Origin: Pseudomonadota bacterium
Lineage (GTDB): Bacteria; Pseudomonadota; Alphaproteobacteria; Rhizobiales; Methyloligellaceae
DNA: 47,829 bases
Direction: 5' to 3'
Assembly: GCA_046723315.1 (NCBI GenBank)
Contig: JBKOUI010000046.1
Location: forward strand, 1 to 47,829
This document shows positions 37,650-45,204 of the stretch, piece by piece. Within the stretch, counting starts at the first letter, position 1. Each line of letters begins with the position of its first letter. The position numbers and the translations under genes were made by a program. The notes under the pieces were generated by a model. It searched no databases and was not told the origin of the DNA. It saw nothing but the letters and a program-made list of their open reading frames with translations.

Positions 37650-38444
37650 ATGGGTGACTTGGGCTCGGCGGTCGCCTTGCTGCCGCTCGTCGCGGCTGGT
37701 TTCGGCGTGGGTTTTCTCGTGGGCCTCACTGGTGTCGGCGGCGGCTCGCTGATGACGCCTCTACTGATTTCGAGTTTCGGGATCAGCCCGCAGATCGCCG
37801 TCGGCACCGACCTGCTCTACGCGTCGATCACCAAGACCGCGGGGAGCTGGCGCCACCATCTTTCCGACCATGTCGATTGGCCGATCGTGTTCCGCCTCGC
37901 GGCGGGAAGCCTTCCGGCCGCTGCGCTACTGCTTGCAGCCATCGCCTATTTCAATATCGACACCGAGATGCTCGGGCGCTGGATCAGGACGGGTCTCGTC
38001 GTTGCCCTTCCGTTGAGCGCGATCGCCATTGTTGTGTATCCCTTCGTCACGCGCACGGCGCCCCAGGAAGACCTCGGCGACGTGCCTCCGCGTACGATCG
38101 AGACCGTGCTGTTCGGGGTGGCGCTTGGTCTGCTTGTGACGCTCACCTCCGTCGGGGCCGGGGCGATCGGCGTCACCGTGCTCGCGACGCTCTATCCCAT
38201 GCTTCCCGCGAAGCGCCTTGTGGGGTCGGACATCACACACGCCATGCCGCTCACCTTGGTCGGCGGGCTCGGCCATCTCGGCCTCGGCAATGTCAATCCA
38301 GGCCTGCTCGTTGCGCTACTATGCGGGTCGATTCCCGGCATTCTCATCGGCGCGCGACTTGCCGGCGTCGTGCCGGAACGGGTGCTCAGGCCGATTCTTG
38401 CCGTCACCCTCTGTTACGCGGCCTATGCGCTCTACAAGAAATGA
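37650..38444 (+). CDS. Sulfite exporter TauE/SafE family protein (candidate sulfate/sulfite permease)
   Basis: VGLTGVGGGSLMTP, AVGTDL, LTSVGAG, LVGSDITHA. Confidence 0.92.
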   Translation: MGDLGSAVALLPLVAAGFGVGFLVGLTGVGGGSLMTPLLISSFGISPQIAVGTDLLYASITKTAGSWRHHLSDHVDWPIVFRLAAGSLPAAALLLAAIAYFNIDTEMLGRWIRTGLVVALPLSAIAIVVYPFVTRTAPQEDLGDVPPRTIETVLFGVALGLLVTLTSVGAGAIGVTVLATLYPMLPAKRLVGSDITHAMPLTLVGGLGHLGLGNVNPGLLVALLCGSIPGILIGARLAGVVPERVLRPILAVTLCYAAYALYKK

Positions 38445-38484
38445 GCGTTAAACAACCAGTTCTCACAACCGCGGGAGTCTGGTC

Positions 38485-38835
38485 ATGCTGTACGCCGTCA
38501 TTAAGGCCCTTATCTCCGGCATCGTGATTGCCGCCGCTTCGGAGGTCGCCAAGCGCAGCCCCGCCTTTGGCGCCGTGATCTTATCGCTGCCCCTCATCTC
38601 CATCCTTGCCTTCATTTGGCTGTGGCGGGACACCTCTGACACCGGAGCGATCGCAGCCCTCTCCCAATCCACCTTTTGGTTCGTGCTGCCGACGCTGCCG
38701 ATGTTCCTCGTCCTTCCGGCGCTTCTGCGCAATGGGACGGGCTTCTGGGCCGCGCTCGGCCTGTCCTGCCTTCTGACCTTAGTGCTCTACGCTACGATGG
38801 TATGGGCGCTAGGCAAACTCGGCATCTCCCTGTGA
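38485..38835 (+). CDS. DUF3147-like small membrane protein
   Basis: KALISG.VIAAASEVAKRSP, SLPLISILAFIWL, STFWFVLPTLPMF. Confidence 0.8.
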   Translation: MLYAVIKALISGIVIAAASEVAKRSPAFGAVILSLPLISILAFIWLWRDTSDTGAIAALSQSTFWFVLPTLPMFLVLPALLRNGTGFWAALGLSCLLTLVLYATMVWALGKLGISL

Positions 38836-38842
38836 GCCGGCC

Positions 38843-38868
38843 GGAACCAAGCCAGATATGCGCGCGTT
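38843..38868 (+). promoter_or_regulatory. Sigma-EcfG-type promoter
   Basis: Exact GGAAC-N17-CGTT, 33 nt upstream of the 38902 ORF. Confidence 0.65.
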
Positions 38869-38901
38869 CATTCGGCGGTTCGCATACGGGGATTTCGACA
38901 A

Positions 38902-39225
38902 ATGGATACCAATCAACACTTCCACACGGTGTGGATGCACCGCAGCGCTAACAGCATCTTTGGCGCCGCTTCCCATCCTGTCGTTCGCAATGGCGAGCTT
39001 CTGTGCTTCGCCACGGAAGAGCGCGCGCAGGCCGAGTGCGACTGGCTAAATGCTGGCTCTGGCGGCTCTCATGTGCACTACACGGTGAAGCCGGCGTACG
39101 TTCAGCCCTTACTGGGAAACGGCCTGGCGTCGCCGGAGAATGGTCTGGAGCTACTTTCTGAAGCCTTCCGTAGGGCGTCTCAGCGCGGGACGGGTGAATC
39201 GGCTATCGGCGCAGCCAAGCCCTGA
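38902..39225 (+). CDS. Hypothetical protein
   Basis: 107-aa ORF with GGGG RBS and upstream EcfG-like promoter. Confidence 0.55.
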   Translation: MDTNQHFHTVWMHRSANSIFGAASHPVVRNGELLCFATEERAQAECDWLNAGSGGSHVHYTVKPAYVQPLLGNGLASPENGLELLSEAFRRASQRGTGESAIGAAKP

Positions 39226-39294
39226 CATCGGCGCCAGCGGAGGGGAAATCCAGAGGCGAATCCGCCCCCTCTAATCGGTGCCGGCCACGGGCAC

Positions 39295-39708
39295 CTATTT
39301 GCCATTTCCCAACGCTGGCTCGTAGAACGTGCGGCCGTTGGTATTTCTCTGTCGTATTACGCTCTCAGCTGCGGCGGCACATATCGCAGCCGTCTCGATC
39401 ATGGCGTCGTAGAAGTCGTCGGTGTCTTCTCGCGTCCATTTATGCGGGTCGCGCATCCATCGGACGGCACAACCAGAAATGTATGTGCTCCAGCGCCACG
39501 GATCGTTTTTGGTGTCATCCACTTCGCGGCCCCACATCCTGTCCTGCACGGCACGAGCCCGCATGATTTGATCAAAAACGCTTGGGTCCCCGCGCAACGG
39601 GTACTCTTCGAGTTTCTTGCGAGACTCAAACAAGTCACCGCTCGCCATGTCTTTGGCGAGATTCAGCATATGGCGCATGATCTGCGCTTGCAGGGTGAGT
39701 GGATACAT
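39295..39708 (-). CDS. Hypothetical protein, possibly phage-type MazG-like all-alpha fold
   Basis: GGAGG RBS; RAVQDRMWG...W...FYDAMIETAAICAAAAES pattern; looks lower in GC than its neighbours. Confidence 0.6.
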   Translation of the reverse strand: MYPLTLQAQIMRHMLNLAKDMASGDLFESRKKLEEYPLRGDPSVFDQIMRARAVQDRMWGREVDDTKNDPWRWSTYISGCAVRWMRDPHKWTREDTDDFYDAMIETAAICAAAAESVIRQRNTNGRTFYEPALGNGK

Positions 39709-39842
39709 CCTTCTTCCTCCCAAGGGCGTGCACCCCGTTGTTCAATATTGGTTACGCCGAGGAGCGCACGCTAAATTATGATGGCCATAAGTTTAGTCAG
39801 GTTATCTTGGTTTGTGCATTTTTCGATTGGCCCATCGAAAAG

Positions 39843-39917
39843 TGGTGCCGCCAGACTGGATTGAACAGTCGACCCCGTCATTACCAATGACGTGCTCTAC
39901 CACTGAGCTATGGCGGC
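39843..39917 (-). tRNA. tRNA-Thr(GGT)
   Basis: GCCGCCATAGCTCAGTGGTAGAGCACGTCATTGGTAATGACGGGGTCGACTGTTCAATCCAGTCTGGCGGCACCA folds as a cloverleaf with anticodon GGT and encoded CCA. Confidence 0.96.
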
Positions 39918-40098
39918 TTCAGGCTTCGGTCAGGTTTCTCAAGCGGCTCAAGGTCCGCTGCCAGCGGCCTACTGCTTTGAGCGCGCGACCCTGCCATAGG
40001 GGCTAAACGCACGCAAGGCGAGGCGTATCGCGAGCCGGCATGAATATACGCATGATATAAAGAAAGTCGGAGTAGGGCAGGAGACGTGGAGCGCGAAA

Positions 40099-40272
40099 AT
40101 GACCGGCGAGCGGCAGGATCAAAAAACACCGAAAGCGGCCGAAAGCGCTGCCCGCCGCCGGGCTCGGCTCGAGCGGGAGCTCCGCGCCAACCTGTTGAAA
40201 CGCAAGGCCCAAGCCAAGGCGCGGGCAAAAGATACACGAAGCAAGGATCGCAATGAGGGGAGACAGAGTTAG
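40099..40272 (+). CDS. 57-aa basic protein upstream of murA
   Basis: MTGERQDQ...RARLERELRANLLKRKAQAKAR; GGAG RBS; resembles small proteins recalled upstream of alphaproteobacterial murA; below the ORF-track cutoff. Confidence 0.7.
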   Translation: MTGERQDQKTPKAAESAARRRARLERELRANLLKRKAQAKARAKDTRSKDRNEGRQS

Positions 40273-40381
40273 GGCCAAGGGAGTAAATTGGCCTGTTGGC
40301 TCAAGGCCCGAAAGGCCTTTGGCCCACGGCGAAGACGGGGGTCTCTGCTTAGGGGGTAGGGGCGTGAGGGAGTAACGTCAC

Positions 40382-41671
40382 ATGGACCGTATCCGCATTG
40401 TCGGCGGCCAGCGCCTGAAAGGCACCATCCCGATCAGCGGTGCCAAGAACGCTGCGTTGCCCTTGATGATTGCGAGCCTTCTTACCCGGGAGACACTGAC
40501 GCTGCACAACATTCCGCGGCTTGCGGACGTTAATCTGCTTGCCCGCATCCTGGGCAATCACGGTGTCGATGTGACTGTCGCCGGTAAAAGACCGGGCCAG
40601 CGCTCAAGCGACGGCCAGACCTTCAGGCTCAGCGCCAGCGAGATCGTCGACACCACCGCGCCCTATGAGATGGTGGCGCGCATGCGCGCGAGCTTCTGGG
40701 TGCTCGCGCCGCTCGTCGCGCGCTGCGGCCGGGCTAAAGTGTCGTTGCCAGGCGGTTGCGCCATCGGCACGCGTCCGGTCGACCTGCATATCGAGACCCT
40801 GCAAAATCTTGGCGCCGAAATCGACCTCGAAGGGGGTTATGTCATTGCCCGCGCGCCGCGGGGTTTGACCGGCAACCGGGTCGAGCTGTCCAAAGTCTCC
40901 GTCGGAGCGACACATAACGCCTTGATGGCCGCCGTGCTTGCCAAAGGCGAAACGCTGATCGAGGGGGCCGCGCGTGAGCCCGAGGTTGTGGACCTTGCCA
41001 ACTGTCTGATCAGGATGGGTGCCCGGATCGAAGGCCTCGGCACCTCGACGCTATGGATACAGGGGCGCGAGACGCTGCACAGCGCCGAGCACAGCGTGCT
41101 GCCCGACCGCATCGAGACTGGTACCTACGCCATGGCGGCAGCAATTACCGGTGGCGACGTGCTGCTTGATGGCGCGCGTCCCGAGCTCCTGCAAGAGGCG
41201 CTCGACACCTTGCGCTCGACTGGAGTCGAAATCGAGGAGCGGCCGACCGGGCTGCGGGTGGCGCGGAACGGCGGAGGGTTGAAGCCGGTCACGGTCGAGA
41301 CCCAACCCTTCCCTGGGTTCCCAACCGATCTGCAAGCCCAGCTAATGGCGCTGATGTGCATGGCGAACGGTACCTCGCAAGTGCGCGAGACCATCTTTGA
41401 GAACCGCTTCATGCACGTGCAGGAATTGGCGCGGCTTGGCGCCAAGATCGATCTCAAAGGCGATACCGCCATTGTGACCGGCGTCAACGGCTTGCGTGGG
41501 GCTCCAGTCATGGCCACAGACTTGCGGGCTTCGGTGTCGCTCATCATTGCCGGGCTTGCCGCGCAAGGGGAGACCACCATCGGCCGCGTGTACCATCTCG
41601 ACCGCGGTTTTGAGCGGATCGAGGACAAGCTCAGTCAATGTGGGGCGCAGATCGAGCGGCTGTCGAACTAG
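40382..41671 (+). CDS. murA: UDP-N-acetylglucosamine 1-carboxyvinyltransferase
   Basis: [43 protein letters not shown]. Confidence 0.98.
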   Translation: MDRIRIVGGQRLKGTIPISGAKNAALPLMIASLLTRETLTLHNIPRLADVNLLARILGNHGVDVTVAGKRPGQRSSDGQTFRLSASEIVDTTAPYEMVARMRASFWVLAPLVARCGRAKVSLPGGCAIGTRPVDLHIETLQNLGAEIDLEGGYVIARAPRGLTGNRVELSKVSVGATHNALMAAVLAKGETLIEGAAREPEVVDLANCLIRMGARIEGLGTSTLWIQGRETLHSAEHSVLPDRIETGTYAMAAAITGGDVLLDGARPELLQEALDTLRSTGVEIEERPTGLRVARNGGGLKPVTVETQPFPGFPTDLQAQLMALMCMANGTSQVRETIFENRFMHVQELARLGAKIDLKGDTAIVTGVNGLRGAPVMATDLRASVSLIIAGLAAQGETTIGRVYHLDRGFERIEDKLSQCGAQIERLSN

Positions 41672-41721
41672 GCCCTTCCTAACTTGGCGGTTTTCTGCCA
41701 TGCCGGAAGCATGGTAACCCC

Positions 41722-42228
41722 ATGCCGAAAATAGCCGCCGACGCCATGAACCCATTGAAACTTATTGCCCTCGACGAGGAGGACCTCGCAGTTGTGTCAT
41801 CGCATCTTCAAGATGCGGTGGTGCGCGTCGGTGACCTCGCTTACCTGCCAACGCAAAAGCGCTTCGCCGCGGTGCTCAATCGCTTCGACTGGGAGAAAGC
41901 GACAGGGAAGGGCGCCCAGGATTTCCGGCGGCGGCGGACGGCGCTCCGATTCGATCGCGTCTTTGGCGCCCAGCTCAGGAACCTCAAGCAAGGAAAGAGC
42001 GACAGGATCCTGTCGCTTCTCGCGGTCCACTTCGAGCCTGACGATCCGCCTGGAGGCCATGTGACGCTGACCTTCTCAGGCGATGCTTCGATTCAGCTCA
42101 AGGTCGAGTGCATCGAGGCCGAGCTGACCGATCTCGGCCCCGAATGGCGCACACGCTTCAAGCCTGAGCACTCGAGCGGGGGCGGCGAATCCGGCGCGGG
42201 CGGCGGGCCCGGCAAGACCGGCTCCTAA
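41722..42228 (+). CDS. DUF2948 family protein
   Basis: LKLIALDEEDLAVVSSHLQDA, NRFDWE, VECIEAELTDLG; start 41722 or 41746. Confidence 0.9.
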   Translation: MPKIAADAMNPLKLIALDEEDLAVVSSHLQDAVVRVGDLAYLPTQKRFAAVLNRFDWEKATGKGAQDFRRRRTALRFDRVFGAQLRNLKQGKSDRILSLLAVHFEPDDPPGGHVTLTFSGDASIQLKVECIEAELTDLGPEWRTRFKPEHSSGGGESGAGGGPGKTGS

Positions 42229-42238
42229 GAGCCGCGCC

Positions 42239-43537
42239 ATGGCCCTGTGGCTCAGAAGCAGCGGCGCCGATTTCGAGGACCGCTTCAAGGCTCTGCTTGC
42301 CCTGAAGCGCGAGCAATCGGCGGACGTCAACGACAAGGTCGCCACGATCATTGCCCGCGTGCGCGAGGAAGGCGACGCGGCGCTGATCGATTTGACTAAG
42401 ACTTATGACGGCGTCGATCTGAGCTTGACAGGCATTAGGATCACACCCGCCGAGCTTTCTGCCGCGCGTTCCTTGGTCGATGCCAAGACGCTCGCGGCAC
42501 TGAAGCTTGCGCATGACCGCATTCTCGACCACCACCGCCGCCAGTTTCCCAAGGACGACCGCTACAAGGACTCGCAAGGCGTCGAGCTCGGGTCGCGCTG
42601 GACGCCAGTCTCCTCGGTCGGTCTGTACGTGCCGGGTGGGACCGCGAGCTATCCAAGTTCGGTGCTGATGAACGCTGTGCCCGCCAAGGTCGCTGCGGTG
42701 CCGCGCATCGTCATGATGGTGCCGGCGCCGAAAGGCGTGCTCAACCCTCTTGTCCTCGTTGCGGCGGAGCTTGCCGGCGTTAGTGAGATCTATCGCGTGG
42801 GCGGAGCACAAGCGATCGCTGCGCTTGCCTACGGCACCGCGTCGATCGCTCCGGTCGCCAAGATCGTCGGGCCGGGCAATGCCTATGTTGCCGCTGCCAA
42901 GCGTCAGGTGTTTGGTCAGGTTGGCATCGATATGATCGCCGGCCCCTCGGAGGTCGTCGTTATTGCCGACAAGGACAACGATCCTGCCTGGATCGCCTCC
43001 GACCTTCTCGCCCAAGCCGAGCATGACGAGGCGGCACAGGCGATCCTCATTACCGACGACGAGGATTTCGCGCGTGCCGTCGAGAAGGCCGTGGAGGCCG
43101 AGCTTGCCGTGCTGTCGCGCAGCGCTACGGCGCGGGCAAGTTGGAAGGATTATGGTTCCGTGATCCTTCTCGGCAATCTCGCCGAGGCACCGACTATCGT
43201 TGACCGACTCGCGCCGGAGCATCTCGAGATCGCCACGTGCGATCCCGACGCGCTCGTCGCGCGCGTGCACGACGCCGGCGCAATCTTCATCGGGCGCTAT
43301 ACGCCGGAAGTGATCGGCGACTATGTTGCCGGCAGCAACCACGTGCTGCCCACCGCGCGGAGCGCGCGCTTCGCCTCGGGCCTCTCTGTGCTCGATTTCA
43401 TGAAGCGCACGTCGATTTTGAAGCTCGATTCCGAGAGCTTGGCTGCGCTCGGGCCGGCGGCAATGGTGCTCGCTGAGGCCGAGGGGCTTGACGCGCATCG
43501 CCGCTCAGTCGCGATCAGGCTCAATCCGCGGGACTGA
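42239..43537 (+). CDS. hisD: Histidinol dehydrogenase
   Basis: [47 protein letters not shown]. Confidence 0.97.
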   Translation: MALWLRSSGADFEDRFKALLALKREQSADVNDKVATIIARVREEGDAALIDLTKTYDGVDLSLTGIRITPAELSAARSLVDAKTLAALKLAHDRILDHHRRQFPKDDRYKDSQGVELGSRWTPVSSVGLYVPGGTASYPSSVLMNAVPAKVAAVPRIVMMVPAPKGVLNPLVLVAAELAGVSEIYRVGGAQAIAALAYGTASIAPVAKIVGPGNAYVAAAKRQVFGQVGIDMIAGPSEVVVIADKDNDPAWIASDLLAQAEHDEAAQAILITDDEDFARAVEKAVEAELAVLSRSATARASWKDYGSVILLGNLAEAPTIVDRLAPEHLEIATCDPDALVARVHDAGAIFIGRYTPEVIGDYVAGSNHVLPTARSARFASGLSVLDFMKRTSILKLDSESLAALGPAAMVLAEAEGLDAHRRSVAIRLNPRD

Positions 43538-43539
43538 CC

Positions 43540-44040
43540 ATGGCTGAGCCCGAAGCCGAGCAGTCATGGCCTGAGCAGGCGCGCCTCGTCGAGGTCACGC
43601 TCGATGAAGCCTCGATCGGCCGCAACAACACCGAGGTGGAGCATGAGCGCGAGGTGGCGATTTTCGATCTTCTCGAGCGCAACGCCTTTGCCCTCGAAGG
43701 CCACGACGGCGGTCCATACACGCTCCATCTCTCGCTAGCCGACAATCGCCTCGTGTTCACCGTGGGCGACACCGAGCGCGCGCCGATCCAGCATGTGATG
43801 CTGTCGCTTTCGCCCTTCCGCCGCCTGGTGAAGGACTACTTCCTCATCTGCGAGAGCTACTACCAGGCGATCAAGACCCAACCCGCCTCCAAGATCGAGG
43901 CGATCGACATGGGCCGGCGCGGCATCCACGATGAAGGCAGCCAGCTCCTGATGGAGCGGCTCAAGGGCAAGATCGCCGTAGATCTTCCCACCGCACGCCG
44001 CCTGTTCACGCTGCTCTGCGCGTTGCATTGGAAGGGCTGA
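43540..44040 (+). CDS. UPF0262 family protein
   Basis: [32 protein letters not shown]. Confidence 0.92.
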   Translation: MAEPEAEQSWPEQARLVEVTLDEASIGRNNTEVEHEREVAIFDLLERNAFALEGHDGGPYTLHLSLADNRLVFTVGDTERAPIQHVMLSLSPFRRLVKDYFLICESYYQAIKTQPASKIEAIDMGRRGIHDEGSQLLMERLKGKIAVDLPTARRLFTLLCALHWKG

Positions 44041-44044
44041 TCCA

Positions 44045-44500
44045 TTGGGCGGCGGCGCGGCCGATCTGCCGGGCGCGGTCCTCTTCGCCTGCAGCCGCAA
44101 CGCCATACGCTCGCCGATGGCCGCGGCAATCTTGAAGCATCTCGCCGGCGGCCGAGTCTATGTGGCTTCTGCCGGGGTGCGCGCTGGCGAGGCAGATCCC
44201 TTTGCCGCCACGGTAATGGAGGAGCTCGGCATCGACCTCTCGCGGCACAAACCTATGACGCTCGAAGAGCTCGATGACACCTCATTCGATCTCATCGTGA
44301 CGTTGGCACCGGAGGCCCACCACAAGGCGCTCGATCTCGCGCGCAACTATGCGGTGGAGGTCGAATATTGGCCGACGCCCGACCCGACACTGACGACCGG
44401 CAATCGCGAGCAGATCCTGGAAGCCTATCGCGCGGTGCGCGATCGTCTGTTCGTCAAAATCAAGACGCGCTTCCCGCTGACCGGAGCGCCGACCGTTTAA
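44045..44500 (+). CDS. Low-molecular-weight phosphatase/ArsC-like family protein
   Basis: VLFACSRNAIRSPMA P-loop, SAGV, WPTPDP, YRAVRD. Confidence 0.88.
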   Translation: MGGGAADLPGAVLFACSRNAIRSPMAAAILKHLAGGRVYVASAGVRAGEADPFAATVMEELGIDLSRHKPMTLEELDDTSFDLIVTLAPEAHHKALDLARNYAVEVEYWPTPDPTLTTGNREQILEAYRAVRDRLFVKIKTRFPLTGAPTV

Positions 44501-44509
44501 TGCCTCGCC

Positions 44510-44617
44510 TCATTTATTGACCGATTTGCCGGAGCCCGGCTCGTATTGCTTGCGGGTCCGCTCCGCCAGCATTTCGTTCGGCGTGACATTGGCGATGGTG
44601 GTTTCGAGCTTGTTCAT
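44510..44617 (-). pseudogene. Probable 3' remnant of a short-chain dehydrogenase gene
   Basis: NKLETTIANVTPNEMLAERTRKQYEPGSG resembles the C-terminal tail of a rhizobial SDR family; upstream sequence is a terminator rather than coding. Confidence 0.45.
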
Positions 44618-44630
44618 GGGCTTGGCGGCA

Positions 44631-44671
44631 AGCAGAAAGACCTCGGCCGGGGATGGGACCCCCGACCGAGG
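44631..44671 (-). terminator. Intrinsic terminator of the micro-lipoprotein gene
   Basis: CCTCGGTCGGGGG-TCCCA-TCCCCGGCCGAGG followed by TCTTTCTGCT on the minus strand. Confidence 0.65.
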
Positions 44672-44742
44672 TTGGCAACTGCAGTGTTAGAAGATTTAGG
44701 CGCCTAGCTCGTCGTTACGATCAAGACGTCGGCGTCCGCCAG

Positions 44743-44847
44743 CTATTTGAGCGGAGTCGTCGCCACGGCCTTCTCATGATGGCCGAAGCAGCCGCCGAGT
44801 CCAACCGTCGCTGTGATGGCGATGGCGATAGCCAGTAAGACACGCAT
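44743..44847 (-). CDS. 34-aa predicted lipoprotein
   Basis: MRVLLAIAIAITATVGLGGC-FGHHEKAVATTPLK with lipobox LGGC, GGGGA RBS and downstream terminator; not in the ORF track. Confidence 0.75.
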   Translation of the reverse strand: MRVLLAIAIAITATVGLGGCFGHHEKAVATTPLK

Positions 44848-45204
44848 GGATCAATCCCCCGTTTCGCTCGTTTGTAGTGCCCCACTATAGAGATTTTTCC
44901 GAAAAAACCTGTGACACTTTGGTCACTGTGGGATTTAATCGTGCCGCGCGGCAGTTGAGGCCGCAGGTTACCTCAACCCGCAGCCGCAAGCTCGGCAATG
45001 GGCCGTTCGTGACCGACCTCGCGGCCCGAAACGAGGCGGTTTTCCACCCGTCCGCAGCAGGCCGGGCTTTTGGCGTCCCGATGATTTTCCGGCGACTGTT
45101 GCCTTAGCGCACTAGTCCCTGGGACCCCTTTCCTTAGACTCGGCATTGAAGCGGGGGAATCAGGTCGCGCTTAAGCGACCGGACGCTTTTTTGGGGGTAA
45201 AGCG

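Noticed and set aside
42158-43498. 446-aa minus-strand ORF
   Set aside because: Antisense shadow of hisD, as expected from GC-rich codon bias; no recognizable motifs
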